Below, piece after piece: positions 30,643 through 31,187 of a DNA stretch of 31,187 nucleotides. A program made the translations under genes and the position numbers. Under the pieces are notes generated by a model, which worked only from the letters and a program-made list of their open reading frames with translations, had not been told where the DNA came from and ran no database searches. The stretch covers positions 1 through 31,187 of the forward strand of contig NW_021832479.1 of NCBI RefSeq assembly GCF_006345805.1. Direction: 5' to 3'. Origin of the DNA: Octopus sinensis (Eukaryota). Position 1 is the first letter of the stretch, and each line of letters starts with the position of its first letter.

Positions 30643-31078
30643 GGTGATGAAATTGGTGTGTGAAAGCACGTTGATGAATATATAGAAATAGTAAAAAGTG
30701 AAAAAACTACAGAAGGCTTGTTTTAAAAGGTTAAAAAATATATATTTGAGTCATTATGTCTGAAGAATGTTATAAATCTTTTTCATACAATGACATAGTT
30801 TTTGAAGAAATGACCGGTTTCGCGTTCAGCTTTTCAAATTTCTTACATCGTTATGTTTACGTTGAGAAGTGTGAAGGAGAGTGAAAGAGAGTTCCAGATA
30901 AGGGGAGGTAATAAGTGATTTCTTCCGGTGTAAGGGAGATAATCGCTTAATATTTTTTGCCTTTTTTTTGGAGTGAGTTTCTCTGCATAAGAATGTTGGA
31001 ATGGTTAAGTTTGGGCTTGTATTTTTCAATGAAGAATGTTTCCTTGTTTAGTCTAATTTGTGTGGATTCACATATTAG
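30642..31078 (-). mobile_element. Second Penelope-like remnant: GIY-YIG C-terminus + terminal region ending in (TA)n
   Basis: Minus strand 31069-31004 reads ESTQIRLNKETFFIEKYKPKLN (pattern R..E..FI.KYKP.LN). The hammerhead lies downstream at 30844-30805 and the element ends at (TA)n near 30641. Confidence 0.7.
30805..30844 (-). ncRNA. Minimal type I hammerhead with U3/A8 core, predicted cleavage GUC after 30812 (minus strand)
   Basis: AAGAAAU UUGAAAA GC-UGAAC-GC GAAA CCGG UC AUUUCUU: 7-bp stem I, 2-bp stem II with G10.1-C11.1, palindromic stem III ACCGGU. Confidence 0.72.
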
Positions 31079-31187
31079 TGTAGCGCATTCAGCGGTGGTG
31101 CCCCAGCATGGCCGCGGCCTTCGGGCAGAAACATTTTAAAAAGGATTTTTTAAGGATACACACACACACACACACACACACAGATAC

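Overview
AT-rich, microsatellite-saturated animal genomic DNA, most likely Octopus. This is inferred from the tRNA-derived SINE families and the repeat landscape; it is not proven here. One host gene is supported: the last two coding exons of an IA-2/phogrin (PTPRN/PTPRN2-family) receptor-type tyrosine phosphatase on the + strand (2535-2608 and 6000-6071; spliced product ...GAKEIDIAATLEHIRDQRMKMVRVK/EQFQYSLALVAEEVHAILKALPQ*). Neither exon appears as such in the supplied ORF track. The rest is almost all decayed or nested transposable elements: Dong/R4, CR1, RTE and Tx1/L1 LINE fragments, mariner and Tigger remnants, piggyBac-like and Merlin-like MITEs, a non-autonomous Helitron, and at least four SINE families. 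The main signal is about ten hammerhead-ribozyme (HHR) motifs from several Penelope-like (PLE) termini, mostly embedded in (TA)n tracts. They include an intact-looking HHR on the sense strand of the gene's last intron, three tRNA-head + HHR composite units, a U3-A8 covariant core, and near-perfect fold-back palindromes. All alignments, pairings and mismatch counts were done by eye. No database search or folding program was run.
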